Positions 1-12,142 of a stretch of DNA of 64,000 bases are shown piece after piece (positions within the stretch are counted from its first letter, which is position 1; every line of letters begins with the position of its first letter). The stretch comes from Squalus acanthias. Taxonomy: Eukaryota. The DNA lies in NCBI GenBank assembly GCA_030390025.1, contig CM059430.1, forward strand, positions 99,758,001-99,822,000, read 5' to 3'. Under the pieces are notes generated by a model. The model saw only the letters and a list, made by a program, of their open reading frames with translations. It was not told where the DNA came from and made no database searches. The translations under genes were made by a program, and so were the position numbers.

Positions 1-744
1 ATAAAAAAAAATGTTTTAAATCGTGCTGAATCATTTCGGTTGTAACCCCGACTAGTGGGTCCAAGCCAACCATTGGTTGGGATTTTATTGAAATCGAATC
101 TTGTCATTTCTACCGGCGGATCATAAATGCGGCTCTTTGGTGACTTTAAAACAAAGCGCGGTCTGCAGAGAGCGGATCTCTGTCAAGAGAGGCAGCAGAA
201 TCCCGACAGTCAGGATTCTGAGTATAAAACTGACTTATTCTCTCGCCTGTGAGTGGGGGTAATGTCTGAACACATTCCCTCACCCCACCCCAGGAAAAGG
301 CTATGCTCGTATCACAAAAAAGAGAAATCCAACTAAGGCTGGTATCATTTGATGTGGTTTTAAGTTAGAAAGAGATGTCTGCCTTTAAATCAGTGTGTTT
401 GATGTCCAATAAAATGGAATTTTCGCAGCACAGGAGGTGATTATAAGACGCAAATAGACACCGCCTCTGCTCTTAATACAGGTTATAATTACGGTATTTA
501 AACACAATAACAATTATGCTGGTCCACACAGATTGATTCTTCAATTTACATCTCAGTTAATCTCCTACTTCCTAGTCTTTTAATGAAACTGTAAAAGTCT
601 TTTCAAGGTGCCGAGTAGGGATTCCATTTGTTTTTTTCTCAATCTGTAAAAAGGAGTAGCTTTTAAACCGTCGTTGGGAAAATGAACAAAACAATTGTGT
701 TCAATTGTCAAGCTATTTACAACTTGATTTACTTTACTTGTTTT

Positions 745-1610
745 TACACACATACTCACACACATACATACACACTCACTCTCACACACATACACACACT
801 CACAAACACACACACACACACTCACATACACATTCTCACACATACACACACTCTCACACACTCATACATACACACACTCTCACACATACTCACACTCTCA
901 CACTCATACACACTCTCACACATACACACACTCTCACATACACACTCTCACANNNNNNNNNNNNNNNNNNNNNNNNNNNNNNNNNNNNNNNNNNNNNNNN
1001 NNNNNNNNNNNNNNNNNNNNNNNNNNNNNNNNNNNNNNNNNNNNNNNNNNNNNNNNNNNNNNNNNNNNNNNNNNNNNNNNNNNNNNNNNNNNNNNNNNNN
1101 NNNNNNNNNNNNNNNNNNNNNNNNNNNNNNNNNNNNNNNNNNNNNNNNNNNNNNNNNNNNNNNNNNNNNNNNNNNNNNNNNNNNNNNNNNNNNNNNNNNN
1201 NNNNNNNNNNNNNNNNNNNNNNNNNNNNNNNNNNNNNNNNNNNNNNNNNNNNNNNNNNNNNNNNNNNNNNNNNNNNNNNNNNNNNNNNNNNNNNNNNNNN
1301 NNNNNNNNNNNNNNNNNNNNNNNNNNNNNNNNNNNNNNNNNNNNNNNNNNNNNNNNNNNNNNNNNNNNNNNNNNNNNNNNNNNNNNNNNNNNNNNNNNNN
1401 NNNNNNNNNNNNNNNNNNNNNNNNNNNNNNNNNNNNNNNNNNNNNNNNNNNNNNNNNNNNNNNNNNNNNNNNNNNNNNNNNNNNNNNNNNNNNNNNNNNN
1501 NNNNNNNNNNNNNNNNNCACACTCCCACAGATACACTCACACACACTCTCTCACACACATGCATCCACTCTCATATATATACACATCCACTCTCACACAC
1601 TCACACGCAT
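745..1610. repeat. Degenerate (CA)n/(CACT/CATA) microsatellite interrupted by an assembly gap (N at 953-1517)
   Basis: CA-rich simple sequence on both sides of a 565-N run. Confidence 0.95.
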
Positions 1611-1699
1611 CTTACAAGCTCCACCTCTCATGATGGGATCACAGGAGTGGCGGCTCATCCTCTCAGCTCCTGAAATTGTTGAAAAGAACTTGTCAATTT

Positions 1700-1900
1700 C
1701 CAGCTGTCAATCAATCCCCGCACTTGGCTCTCATTGGCTGGAGCTAAACTGGTCCCGGGACTCAGCCGCGCTAAGCAGAGTCGCCACTGATCAGTTGCAC
1801 TTTGCAATCGCAGCCTTGTGAGCGCGGACCTGCGGCAGCCGAGAGTTCCACCTCCCAGCCCACACCGTACAGATGTACAAATGCATATTTCTAAAATAAA
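1700..1900 (+). promoter_or_regulatory. Candidate pcdh19 proximal promoter
   Basis: CTGTCAATCA at 1704-1713 (reverse complement TGATTGACAG, Pbx-Meis/Prep decamer), ATTGG (CCAAT box) at 1733-1737, and rising CpG content 350-550 bp upstream of the start codon. The TSS cannot be determined from sequence. Confidence 0.4.
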
Positions 1901-2251
1901 CTTCGATCGGGAAGGAAAAAAAGAGCGCAGACTGGGATTTGAATCCAAATTAAACCTCCTGCCGCAACATACAACCTCTTTGTAGAGCTGCAGATTTCGA
2001 CACGGTTGGGTGCTGAAGTAAGTGCTGCACAAATAAGAACAGGGGTTTCGGTGCACACCAGTTTCTGCAGCTTGCAGCGTCAAACCTTCCGATCCGGGTT
2101 CATTTTCGTAAAGACTTTTAGTTGCAGATATTTGCAAGGTTGAACCGAAAAGTGCGTGTGTGTGTTTTTTGGGTTTTTTTTTTACTTTGCAATGGGACAG
2201 TGATGATTTGAGGATTGTTTTCATCATGCCAGCGTCCAGGAGCTGTTTGCA

Positions 2252-4741
2252 ATGAATCCAGAAATCAACAGGTACCGATCGGGGATGGATTTGCTATTGC
2301 TGCTTGCCCTGCTCTTCTGGGCTCGGGCTGCCGCCGTGATTAATTTGAAATACTCCATCGTGGAAGAGGAGAGAGCCGGGACGGTGATCGGGAACATCGC
2401 GAAAGACGCCGGCTTCTCAACTTGGGATCAGACGGTGCCTCTGTTCCGCGTTTTATCCAACTCGGCGCCGCATCTGGTGGACATCAACCCATCGACCGGT
2501 TTACTGGTGACCAAGCAGAAGATCGACCGAGACCTGCTGTGCCGGCAGAGCCCCAAATGCCTGATCTCGCTGGAGGAGATGGTCAACTCCATGGAAATCT
2601 GCGTGGTCAAAGTGGAGATCCTCGACCTCAACGACAACTCGCCCAGCTTCCCCACCGAGCAGATCGACCTGGAGATCTCGGAGACCGCCAGTCCGGGCAC
2701 CAGGATCCCCCTGGAGAGCGCTTACGACCCGGACGCCGGAGACTTCGGGGTGCAGACCTACGAGATCACGCCCAACGATTTGTTCGGGCTGGAGATCAAG
2801 AGCCGGGGAGACGGCTCCCGCTTCGCCGAGCTGGTGGTGGAGAAGCCCCTGGACAGGGAGCTCCAGTCCCACTACAGTTACATGATCACCGCGCTGGACG
2901 GGGGCCAGCCCCCCAACTTCGGAACGGCTCAACTCAACATCAAAGTCATCGACTCCAACGACAACTACCCGGTCTTCGACCAGAGCGCCTACACGGTCAA
3001 CGTGTTGGAGAACGCGCCGGCCAGCTCGCTGGTCATCGACCTGAACGCCTCGGACCCGGACGAAGGGACCAACGGCCAGATCGTCTATTCCTTCAACAGC
3101 TACGTGTCGGATAAGCCCAGGGAACTTTTCAAGCTGGACCCCCGCACGGGAGCCATCACAGTGAAGGGCAACATCGACTACGAGGAGGGAAGTATCTACG
3201 AGCTTGACGTGCAGGCGAAAGACCTGGGACCCAACTCCATCCCGGCTCACTGCAAGGTGACGGTGAACGTGCTGGATGTGAACGATAATGTCCCGGTCAT
3301 CACTCTGTTCTCCGTCAGCAGCGAGACGGTGGAGGTGAGCGAAGCCGCCCCTCCCGGCTACGTGATCGGTCTGGTGCGGGTCTCCGACCGGGACTCCGGG
3401 TCTAACGGGAGGGTCCAGTGCAAGCTGCTCGGCGACGTCCCATTCAAACTGCAGGAGTACGAGAGCTTCTACACCATCCTGGTGGACGGCAAGCTGGACC
3501 GAGAGCAGAGAGACCTCTACAACCTCACCATCCTTGCCAAAGACGGTGGCTCCCCCTCGCTCCAGTCCACCAAATCCTTTACCGTCAGGATCACGGACGA
3601 AAACGACAACCCCCCTCACTTCTCCAAACCTTTCTACCAAGTAATCGTTCAGGAGAACAACACCCCGGGGTCGCACCTCCTCTCGGTGTCCGCCAGAGAT
3701 GTGGATCTGGGGTTAAACGGCAGCGTCTCCTACCAGATTATACCATCCCAGGTCAAGGACATGCCCGTGTTCACCTATGTCTCCATTAACCCCACTTCGG
3801 GGGATGTGTACGCACTGAGGTCCTTCAATCACGAGCAGACCAGGTCCTTCGAGTTTAAGGTCATGGCCAAAGATGGGGGAAACCCCGCCCTGGAGAGCAA
3901 CGCCACCGTAAGGGTGATTGTGTTAGATGTGAACGACAATGTGCCGGTTATAACTGCTCCGCCTTTGGTTAATGGGACCACCGATGTCTACATACCCAGA
4001 AACGTCGGCTCTGGCTACTTGGTGACGGTGGTCAAAGCCGATGACTATGACGAAGGTGACAACGGCCGCTTGACCTACGAGATCGCCGATGGCGACCGAG
4101 GCTTCTTCGAGATGGACCAAACGAATGGAGAGATCAGGACCACCAGAAGCTTCGGGGACGGCGCAGAGACCAACTATGAACTGATCGTGGTGGCTCAGGA
4201 TCACGGGAAGCCCGCCCTTTCTTCCACTGCTTTGATCGTGGTGTACCTCTCTCCTGCTCTCGATGCTCAGGAATCGACAGGGTCCTTGAATTTATCCTTA
4301 ATTTTTATAATCGCCCTGGGATCCATCGCTGCTATCCTCTTTGTAACCATGATCTTTGTAGCAGTCAAGTGCAAGCGAGATAACAAGGAGATCAGGACGT
4401 ACAACTGCAGGGTTGCAGAGTATTCATACGGGCAACAGAAGAAACCCAAGAAAAAGAATAAGATCAGCAAGAATGACATCAGGCTGGTGCCCAGAGACAT
4501 GGAGGAGACTGACAAAATGAACGTGGTCAGCTGCTCTTCTCTCACCTCCTCCCTGAACTATTTCGACTACCACCAGCAGACCTTGCCCTTAGGATGTCGT
4601 AGGTCGGAGGCCACCTTTTTAAACGTGGAGAATCAGAACTCGAGGAACACGACTGGAAACCACGTCTACCACACCTTCACCAGCACCCAGAGCTCCCAAC
4701 AGCAGCCCGATCTCATCATCAACGGGATGCCGCTTCCAGAG
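2252..4741 (+). CDS. pcdh19: Protocadherin-19 (delta-2 protocadherin), first coding exon: signal peptide, EC1-EC6, TM, proximal cytoplasmic domain; partial CDS
   Basis: Translation closely matches vertebrate PCDH19 as I recall it (INLKYS.., [124 protein letters not shown]), with DxNDN/DRE calcium motifs. Similarity stops at PLPE, where GAG|GTGAGT forms a phase-0 donor (4741/4742). The second ATG at 2285 (GGGATGG, strong Kozak, directly before the signal peptide) may be the real start. Confidence 0.96.
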
Positions 4742-7700
4742 GTGAGTGCGCCGACCAATCTTGCAGTCAACCCTACAATTGCTGGAGGCTTGTTACGTGA
4801 CAGGTGGACCAGCCTTCCTTTACCGATGGAGCGGCCTGGTCAGTTTCACCACATCGATTGCCGCGTGATATTGACAAGCAGGCTAGGGCTGGGGAGAAAT
4901 GTAGTTTCAAAAAAGATTGTTAGTTGAGCCTCTCTTCAAAACAATTGGACTCATTTGCAAAATTATTCATCGAGAGGTCAACGAGCAGTTGACTGCTGGC
5001 AAATCTGATTCAGCAAACTTTCAAACAGGTGTTGGACTAGTGTATATTTCAGGGTTTTACATTCTATTTGGTGTAATTTCACTGCAGTTCTAACTCAGAA
5101 AGCATTGCAGGCAAAGCGGATCAGCTGTATTGTAACATTGTGCAACATGTCCATTCATTTTTTTCTGGGCATGAAAATGGGTTTACATGCTACATTTAAT
5201 ATGACTCAAGGAGTCAATGAAACAGTGGAGCTGAGGTAAACGGTTGACTTTACAAAACTTTAAATAGCATGACGCTCCATATGTAAGGACCAGTTACTCT
5301 GCCTCTAGCCATAATCTGGGAGTGGGTAAGTGGGGTTGGATGGGGATGAGGAACCATGCACGGGACAGAAACATCTTTGTCCAAAGTGTCCTCCTTGGGA
5401 CACTTTGTTCATGAAGTATTTCAATCCACCGGTTTGCACTTAAGCATTCACTTAGTGGTATTGTACAGTATTTCTTGTTGTCATCGCATATTGAGTTGTG
5501 GTTGGATGTGAAATTGGAGGTGAAGGAATTAGATAATAAATCCTTTAAAATGAAACTTAAATAATGTAGGGAAGAGGCTAAAATGGGTTTGAAGGGTTAG
5601 ATGTGACTAGAAAGTCAATTCATGAAATGAGAAGTACAGATAAACATCAGGAGCTGAAAACATTGGAAAAAGACAGATGTAGGAATGTGAAAGGAGTTTG
5701 GATGAGGGGAAAACATTTTTAATACAGCATCAGAAAGTTATTGGACAGATTGATGTCTTTTATCTCCATTCTCAAAGAAAAGAAAACAGAAAGCAAGAGT
5801 GAGCTTTTTGAAAAGTTGCTCTGACCTTTAAAAAAGTTAAGTTGAAAAAAACCCGAGGACAATCTGGAAACATGCAAGCAGAAATGAAAGATAACCAAAC
5901 AAGTAAAAATAGAGACATAAAACAAACACAACATCAAACAAAAGTGAAGAGAAAGATTACTAACAAGGCATTATAAGTATATTGGCAAAATAAATCAGGC
6001 ATTTTATTAAAAAAAGCAATGTTCCTTTCCTACATATGCAACAGTTCTTATTGACACTGAGTCATTTAACTTACTGAAAGTTATAGTGAACTAATATTTT
6101 TCCTGGACTGATCGTCTTATACAATAGTTTTCAATTTCTGTTGAAAAAATGGACAATTGCTTACTGCAATAAACATGGTGGCAAAGGCATCTCAAAAAAG
6201 GTGCGTTTGCCATTGTCCCTCCAAGGGACAGACTGTGCATACTTACCACCTAAATACTCCCACTGCATTCCCAGTGCTACATAAGTTACTGAAAGTGCAA
6301 TTGCAACTGGCAAAACTAGGGTGTTTCCACGGCTGGATTGCCCAAGGAAGTTTTTTGCCCTAGAGGGAGAATGTAGGTGGTGTTTAGAAGGTAGTGGTTA
6401 GTTTTCCCCTCGCAAACCTTACCCCAAATTGGACCTTAATTCTAGCTCTGTCCAATTGTTCTCTTTTACCCTGAACACACAGACAGCTCAAGACAGCAGT
6501 GTGTGTCAGATAAATAACTGATTGATAACTCAAATTATTCAGTGGGCAGAAAAGAAAGATTAGCTGAATGTAATGAATATGATCCGTGCAAAAGCAAGAT
6601 TTAACTCTTCTGAGTATCAGCTGCCTAACGTAAAGAAAAAATCAGAATCTGAAAAAAAATTCTAATGTTGAATATTCAAAAAGAGAATTAAATAAATTCC
6701 TAGATCCATAAAATATACTTAATTGATGTGTTCTGTAATGAAATGGATAAGGGGGGGGGAAACTACAGCCATTCTCAAAAGGTTATACCACACAACCAGG
6801 ACTTTAGATTCAACAAGAGGAGTGCTACAATCTGAGTTTCTGACAGTGAGCTAATTCTCTTAGGATAGTATCACTGGATATCAATAGTCATGATTGGGTT
6901 GAATTCTCCCACAGACACCATCGAGCATTCTCCCTCCACCCACCCCCACTAAAAACATTTGAATTACCATCAGAGATGCAGTACTTGCACTTGACATCAA
7001 CAAAATACCAGTGTGTGTAAGACTGTAGCAGCAGAGTCAACAGGATTCAGCCTTGTTTGGCTCAAGCAGCTGCTTTGCTGTGAGCTTCTTAGCCCATTTT
7101 CTCTTGATCTGCCACGATCACAATGATCACAAAGGCTAAAAAGAAGGCAGCATTGATTTTACATTGTTGTGCGACCCCTATTGCCTGGGCCACATACTTT
7201 CCACAAGCTCACTCGTTAACTACTTGATGAGGGAAGATAATAACATTTAGTTGACTGTTACTTTCTTAAGAAAAAAATCATGAATTGCACATGAATTAAA
7301 AATGTGCTTTGAATGTTTTATTTGTCATCCGATGCAGTGCATCACACTTGTTTAGTTCCTCTAAATTTGAAAATTATTGATTTCTCCCCCCTCCCCCCTT
7401 CCCCCGCAGAAAAGTGTCACAATTTTATCACCCTCATTACCTATGACTAGTGACCTTTCCTTGCAGACAATAGTTACTTGCTGTAGAACAGCACGTTATG
7501 TTGCATGGTGTCATAATAACATAATTAAAGCATGCTTGCTGGATATTTTTTCAAAAATAAAATGGCAGTATAATGGAGAACTATCACATCACAGGTTGGT
7601 GCGAAATAGCTTTGATGCGTTACCTCTGCTGAGCTCTTTAAACTTAGCCACCCTGCTGGTGTAGGCACTGAGCAAAGATCAAGAAACTCCTGGCTGGAAA

Positions 7701-8051
7701 GAGGAGAATTGAATGGTTGGAATCTCCACCAAGTTCCACTTATGCACATCCTGGCACCCAGCCATGAGCATCATTGGCTGGGAGCAGAGGACATGTGCCA
7801 TTTTCTCTCGGGTACTGGAAATGTGTTCTGTGGGATGAGAGAGGGGAAAGTGAAGACAGAAAATTGGGCGGGGGGGTGGGCGGGGTGCAAGGCAAGCGCC
7901 CTTTTAGAAGGATACAAGCTTCAAATAAAGTTAAAATTAAAGTTATATTTAAGATTTTAACAGCCTTCGTACCTGATTAAATATCAACTAAGAGATATTA
8001 TGAAGTTTCTAATGTTACTGAATTAAATAGCACATTCGAATCACAAATTAA

Positions 8052-8267
8052 TCAGGACGTGACTGCTGCCAATGAACCGGAAGCGGACTGCGCATGCATG
8101 CTGCCGGTTCGTCACAGGAGCGGGTTCGTTAAAAAAAAATTAAATGCCGGGAGGGAGCGGGCTGTGAGGAAAAACGCTCTGTGGAAAAAAAAAGAAGCTT
8201 TCAGTTCCAGTTTAATGCACAGTACGCTTCTGCGCAGCTTCCGGTCGTTGGCAGGAGTCACTCCGAA
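8052..8267. mobile_element. Foldback MITE-like element with ~40-bp inverted ends
   Basis: Left GTGACTGCTGCCAATGAACCGGAAGC versus reverse complement of right GTGACTCCTGCCAACGACCGGAAGC; TTAA on both flanks (8048-8051, 8268-8271). Confidence 0.7.
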
Positions 8268-8277
8268 TTAATGAATG

Positions 8278-8450
8278 AACAGATTATCTGGTCATTATCA
8301 CATTTCTGTTTGTGGGAGCTTGCTGTGCGCAAATTGGCTGCCGCGTTTCTTACATTACAACAGTGACTGCACCTCAAAAAGTACTTTGTTGGCTGTAAAA
8401 CACTTTGGGACATCCTGAGGCCGGGAAAGGCGCTATTGGAGTCTTTCTTT
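8278..8450 (+). mobile_element. Deu-domain SINE (SacSINE1/AmnSINE1-like), 3' fragment
   Basis: CAGATTATCTGGTCATTATCACATT..GGGAGCTTGCTGTGCGCAAATTGGCTGCC..AAAGGCGCTAT; matches the other copies in the window. Confidence 0.85.
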
Positions 8451-8574
8451 AACTTTGATGATCCTCGTCAGAGAATACTGCTGGGTAAAATAGTGGTCGT
8501 TATTGATGTAATGCAGAATTGTGACATCATACAGGGAAGGGGATTAATAATTAGTCAATTACCCAACTAAATGA

Positions 8575-8750
8575 GAACATAAGAACATAAGAAATAGGAG
8601 CAGGAGTAGGCCATTCGGCCCCTCGAGCCTGCTCCGCCATTCAATAAGATCGTGGCTGATCTGATCTTGGCCTCCACTCCACTTTCCTGCCCGCTCCCCA
8701 TAACCCTTGATTCCCCTGTTTTTCAAAAATCTGTATCACCGCCTTGAATA
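8575..8750 (-). mobile_element. CR1 LINE 3' end
   Basis: AGAACATAAGAACATAAGAAATAGGAGCAGGAGTAGGCCATTCGGCCCCTCGAGCC is the reverse complement of a CR1 3' UTR with an 8-bp repeat tail; near-identical copy at 40988-41135. Confidence 0.8.
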
Positions 8751-9029
8751 TATATAAATAACAATCAATTTTAACAATCATTTTAAGTTAGACGATATAA
8801 AATGATTATGCTTACTTTTTTGGGTTGCTGATAGCTGTGTTGTGTAAATTATGACTTTTTATGCATATTATGACCAAGCGTTAGTTCAGGCCCCTTAATG
8901 GACTTTTTAGCTGTCTGGCATAGTAATCTGAACCATTCAATCTGAAGATTTACTGCTAAGATTAGATTTCTACTGTTTTGTTAAAGGAAGGTGCTGCAGG
9001 CATGTTCCAATTATCATTCATCAAGATAA

Positions 9030-9350
9030 GGTAAAGGCCAAACTCACACAGGGATGGGTTGCAATGTAGGTTATTGACCCATAAGCAGCTATCATTGAAT
9101 CTATTGTGTGAAATACCCCAGTACGGTCACATTCCACAAGGATTGGAAAGGTTACAAAAAGGCCCGTGAAGTTCAGTAATGCATGGTACACCCTTGGAAA
9201 GAATGTGCATCCTTTACATTTGTCCCCATTGTCATCTAAATGGCCACCTCGGGTGTTTGTGTGATCTGTATAGAAGCTTGGATCAGACCAGACTCTTTCC
9301 ATAACAATGGCATCCCTTTTAATGATGCGGAGATGCTGGTGTTGGACATC
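9030..9350 (-). mobile_element. Old, degenerate CR1-like ORF2 C-terminal/3' fragment
   Basis: Minus-strand translation ..TNTRGGH..FFPRVYHALLNF loosely resembles the CR1 ORF2 C-terminus (TRGH..FF.RVV..WN.LP). Confidence 0.35.
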
Positions 9351-10188
9351 CAGAGGGCAGCCTCTCATCAAAACTGAGCTTCTGGACAAAGCGTTGAGTA
9401 TTGGTATCATCTTCTTACCAATAAAGAGGGGATAAACGAAGGCCAGCGTTCGGGGATTTTACATTACAGGAGTGCAGCAGATGCGTATTCTCTGGTGCCG
9501 ATTACATTGCTACCTATAAACAGCGCGAGACCCGGGGGTAAAACCAATGGGAGCCCCGTGAATCTGCTGTTGGGTTAAGGCTTGCCTATTCCAGGACAGT
9601 AAACGATGAGATTCAGTCCCAGATGTTTGCAGTCTGAGTCTCTGTATTACACCCCAGAGCCTCACATGCTTACAGAAACCAGCACCTGATCCAAATGTTA
9701 AAGGAAGGAGAATCGCATGTAGCTCACGGTCGCCAGACAGGAACTAAAACAACCCAGTAAGTGCCTTAAAGCTGTCCTGATGGGTACAGGGGTCACCTTA
9801 CCTGTTGCTGCTGTATGCTAAAAAGATTGCTAGAATAGAACTGACAAATGCGATTTAGGTATATATAAAATTTGTTGGCCAAACATACAGACTCTTAGCT
9901 GCTCAGGCTATTTTCTAGCTCTCATTCTCACTGGTTCATATGGTAAACTTTTTTTTAATTACCTATTGGCTAAATTAAAAAAAAAATCCTCTTGTGCTTA
10001 ATTGATTTCATTCCTAATGAAAAGAATGTGTTTTACTTTGTGACACATTTCCATTTGACAGTCGGTGTGCTGAAATGCTGTGCTTTACTTTACAGCTAGG
10101 ATTACACTGGCAGCCCTCTTCACACATGCTTCCATTTCCAGTAAACTTTTTTAAAAACTTAAGGAAACCATTGGGGGGGCCTCAATAC

Positions 10189-10335
10189 TGTGCAGCTGTG
10201 ACTCAGTGGGTAGCACACTCGCCTTCTGAGTCAGAAGGTTGTGGGTTCAAATCCCACTCCAGAGACTTGAGCACATAAAGAAAGTTAGGCTGACACTTCA
10301 GTGCAGTGCTGAGGGAGTGCTGCACTGTGGGAGGT

Positions 10336-10366
<31 letters not shown>

Positions 10367-10612
10367 CCCCGTCTGCCCTCTCAGGTGGACGTAAAAGATC
10401 CCATGGCACTATTTCGAAGAGTTATCCCCGGTGTCCTGGCCAATATTTATCCCTCAATCAACATAACAAAAACAGGTTATCTGGTCATTGTCACATTGCT
10501 GTTTCTGGGAGCTTGCTCTTTGCAGATTGGCTGCTGTGTTTCCCGCATTACAACAGTTGGCTGTAAAGCGCTTTGAGATGTGCAGTTATACAGCAAATGC
10601 AAGTCTTGCTTT
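10189..10612 (+). mobile_element. Near full-length tRNA-headed Deu-domain SINE (SacSINE1-like)
   Basis: A box (GTGACTCAGTGGG), B box (GGTTCAAATCC), central Deu domain (GGTGGACGTAAAAGATCCCATGGCACTATTTCGAAGA..CCTGGCCAATATTTATCCCTCAA) and tail AAATGCAAGTC. Confidence 0.9.
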
Positions 10613-11809
10613 TAGAATGTGTTAGAATGTGGAGTTGACTGAGGTCTGGGGTTGGATGGAGGGGGATAGGTGGAGACACCAAGTGGAGGACAGGAGACTT
10701 CTCCGGGAGGTAAAATTGAAGGGCCAACCGGCGGTTACAGAGCAGCATTGCTGGAAACCTGAGAATAGCATTGTCCTTGGAGAACCAGCGCAACAGCAGC
10801 CGGCTCAAAGCAGCATTTGTAGAAGCCTTGACACAGGTCATCTCTGCCAAAGCACGGCCCAGTGGGAGAGGGAGAACAAGAAATCTCCTATGAAACAGAA
10901 TTTACTCCTATTCTGTTGTTCCAGACATAAATAGTAGTCCAAATGTAACAGATGTGTTCAATAGCTCATTGCACCGAGTACAGCATATTGCTGAGATTGT
11001 GTCATGAGTGGGAAATGTCTCAGAATTAATGAAACATTTTAAATGCATCAACTGCTAATCATTTAATTTGACCTTTTTTAGACATCCTGAATACGACATA
11101 GGAAAAAAAAAGCAGATTTGAAAAAAAACAAGCACAACTCAGGGCCTTCATGATACCGCAGTGAATAAAAATAAAAGTGCAACATGAAATTGGCAGCAGG
11201 TTTCTAAAAGTTTAGTTGTTAACACGCAGATATATGCAAGTAATCATGGAAAGAAAATGTACTTGCCCCTGGGGACCTGCTGTAAGGGAAGGAGGAGGTT
11301 GCCCTGACTGAGTAATACGGTACACTCATTCGAAGCTCTGGGTTCAATAACAGGGGAGGTATTTGGTATGTCCTGCCAAGAGCTACAGAAAAGCAGCTCC
11401 TTGCGAACATGCAACTCAAGAGACGGTTGCAAAAACACACAAAATCTAAGGCACCAATCAATAGAATGCATGTACAATTTAATGTTTTCAACTGACCCGC
11501 GTAATTTTACTCCGATATAATTTACGCATGAGCGGCAGTTTAACTTTTATCACTGGGAAGGTCAGGTTTTTTTTTGTTGTGTGGGTAGGTGATGAACTGA
11601 GGGTGTCGGGGCAACCTGTTCCCAGGCCTCCACTTGTGTTGCTGAGAATCAGCCACTAGGAGGTGCATGCGAGCTGCCTGGGGGATGGCTTTCCTTTAGA
11701 TTTTCTTTTGTCACGTCTGTGGGGAAGCAACCGGTCTTTTCCTGGAACTGTGGATCTCAGTAGTTAAGGGGGGGGCGGTGGGGCGGGAGGGGGGTTCAAT
11801 TTATGAGTC

Positions 11810-11985
11810 TTGGCCCTACCTCTCCTCCTTTAGGTCGTTCCTTAAAACCTAGCCCTTTGATCAAGCTTTTGGTCACCTGTCCTAATATCTCTTTATGTGG
11901 CTCGGTGTCAAATTTTGTTTGATAATTGCTCCTGTGAACCACCTTGGGACGTTCTACTACGCTATATAAATGCAAGTTGTTGTTC
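11810..11985 (+). mobile_element. L2-clade LINE 3' end
   Basis: CTTAAAACCT..CTTTGATCAAGCTTTTGGTCACCTGTCCTAATATCTC..GCTATATAAATGCAAGTTGTTGTT; same family as the reverse complement of 58665-59501. Confidence 0.8.
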
Positions 11986-12142
11986 ATCGGCACGCTGCCC
12001 ACTGAACAGGCTTTTAAAAAAATATCTGGCTGCTATACGGCAGGTAAAAATGATTTCTTGAATTTCAAACCAAATCTCAAAAGGTATGAGATCTTGCTGC
12101 ATGGTTCACACCAGTTGTGGTATGGACTTCTAACTGATCTAT

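Noticed and set aside
580-1821. Long His/Thr- or Val/Cys-rich ORFs around the start of the window
   Set aside because: Translations of a CA microsatellite plus 565 Ns; artefacts.
2422-3789. 391-aa antisense ORF (2501-3676) and alternative-frame ORFs overlapping pcdh19
   Set aside because: Expected shadow ORFs of a GC3-rich coding exon; no recognisable domain.
4742-4927. Treating the 891-aa ORF as a complete single-exon or retrocopied gene
   Set aside because: Homology ends at a perfect GT donor that coincides with a conserved exon boundary, and the CM1/CM2 tail is absent. Kept only as a possible minor isoform.
10189-10262. tRNA genes at SINE heads (also 37460, 51905, 59815)
   Set aside because: A/B boxes continue directly into SINE bodies; no complete cloverleaf with a terminator.
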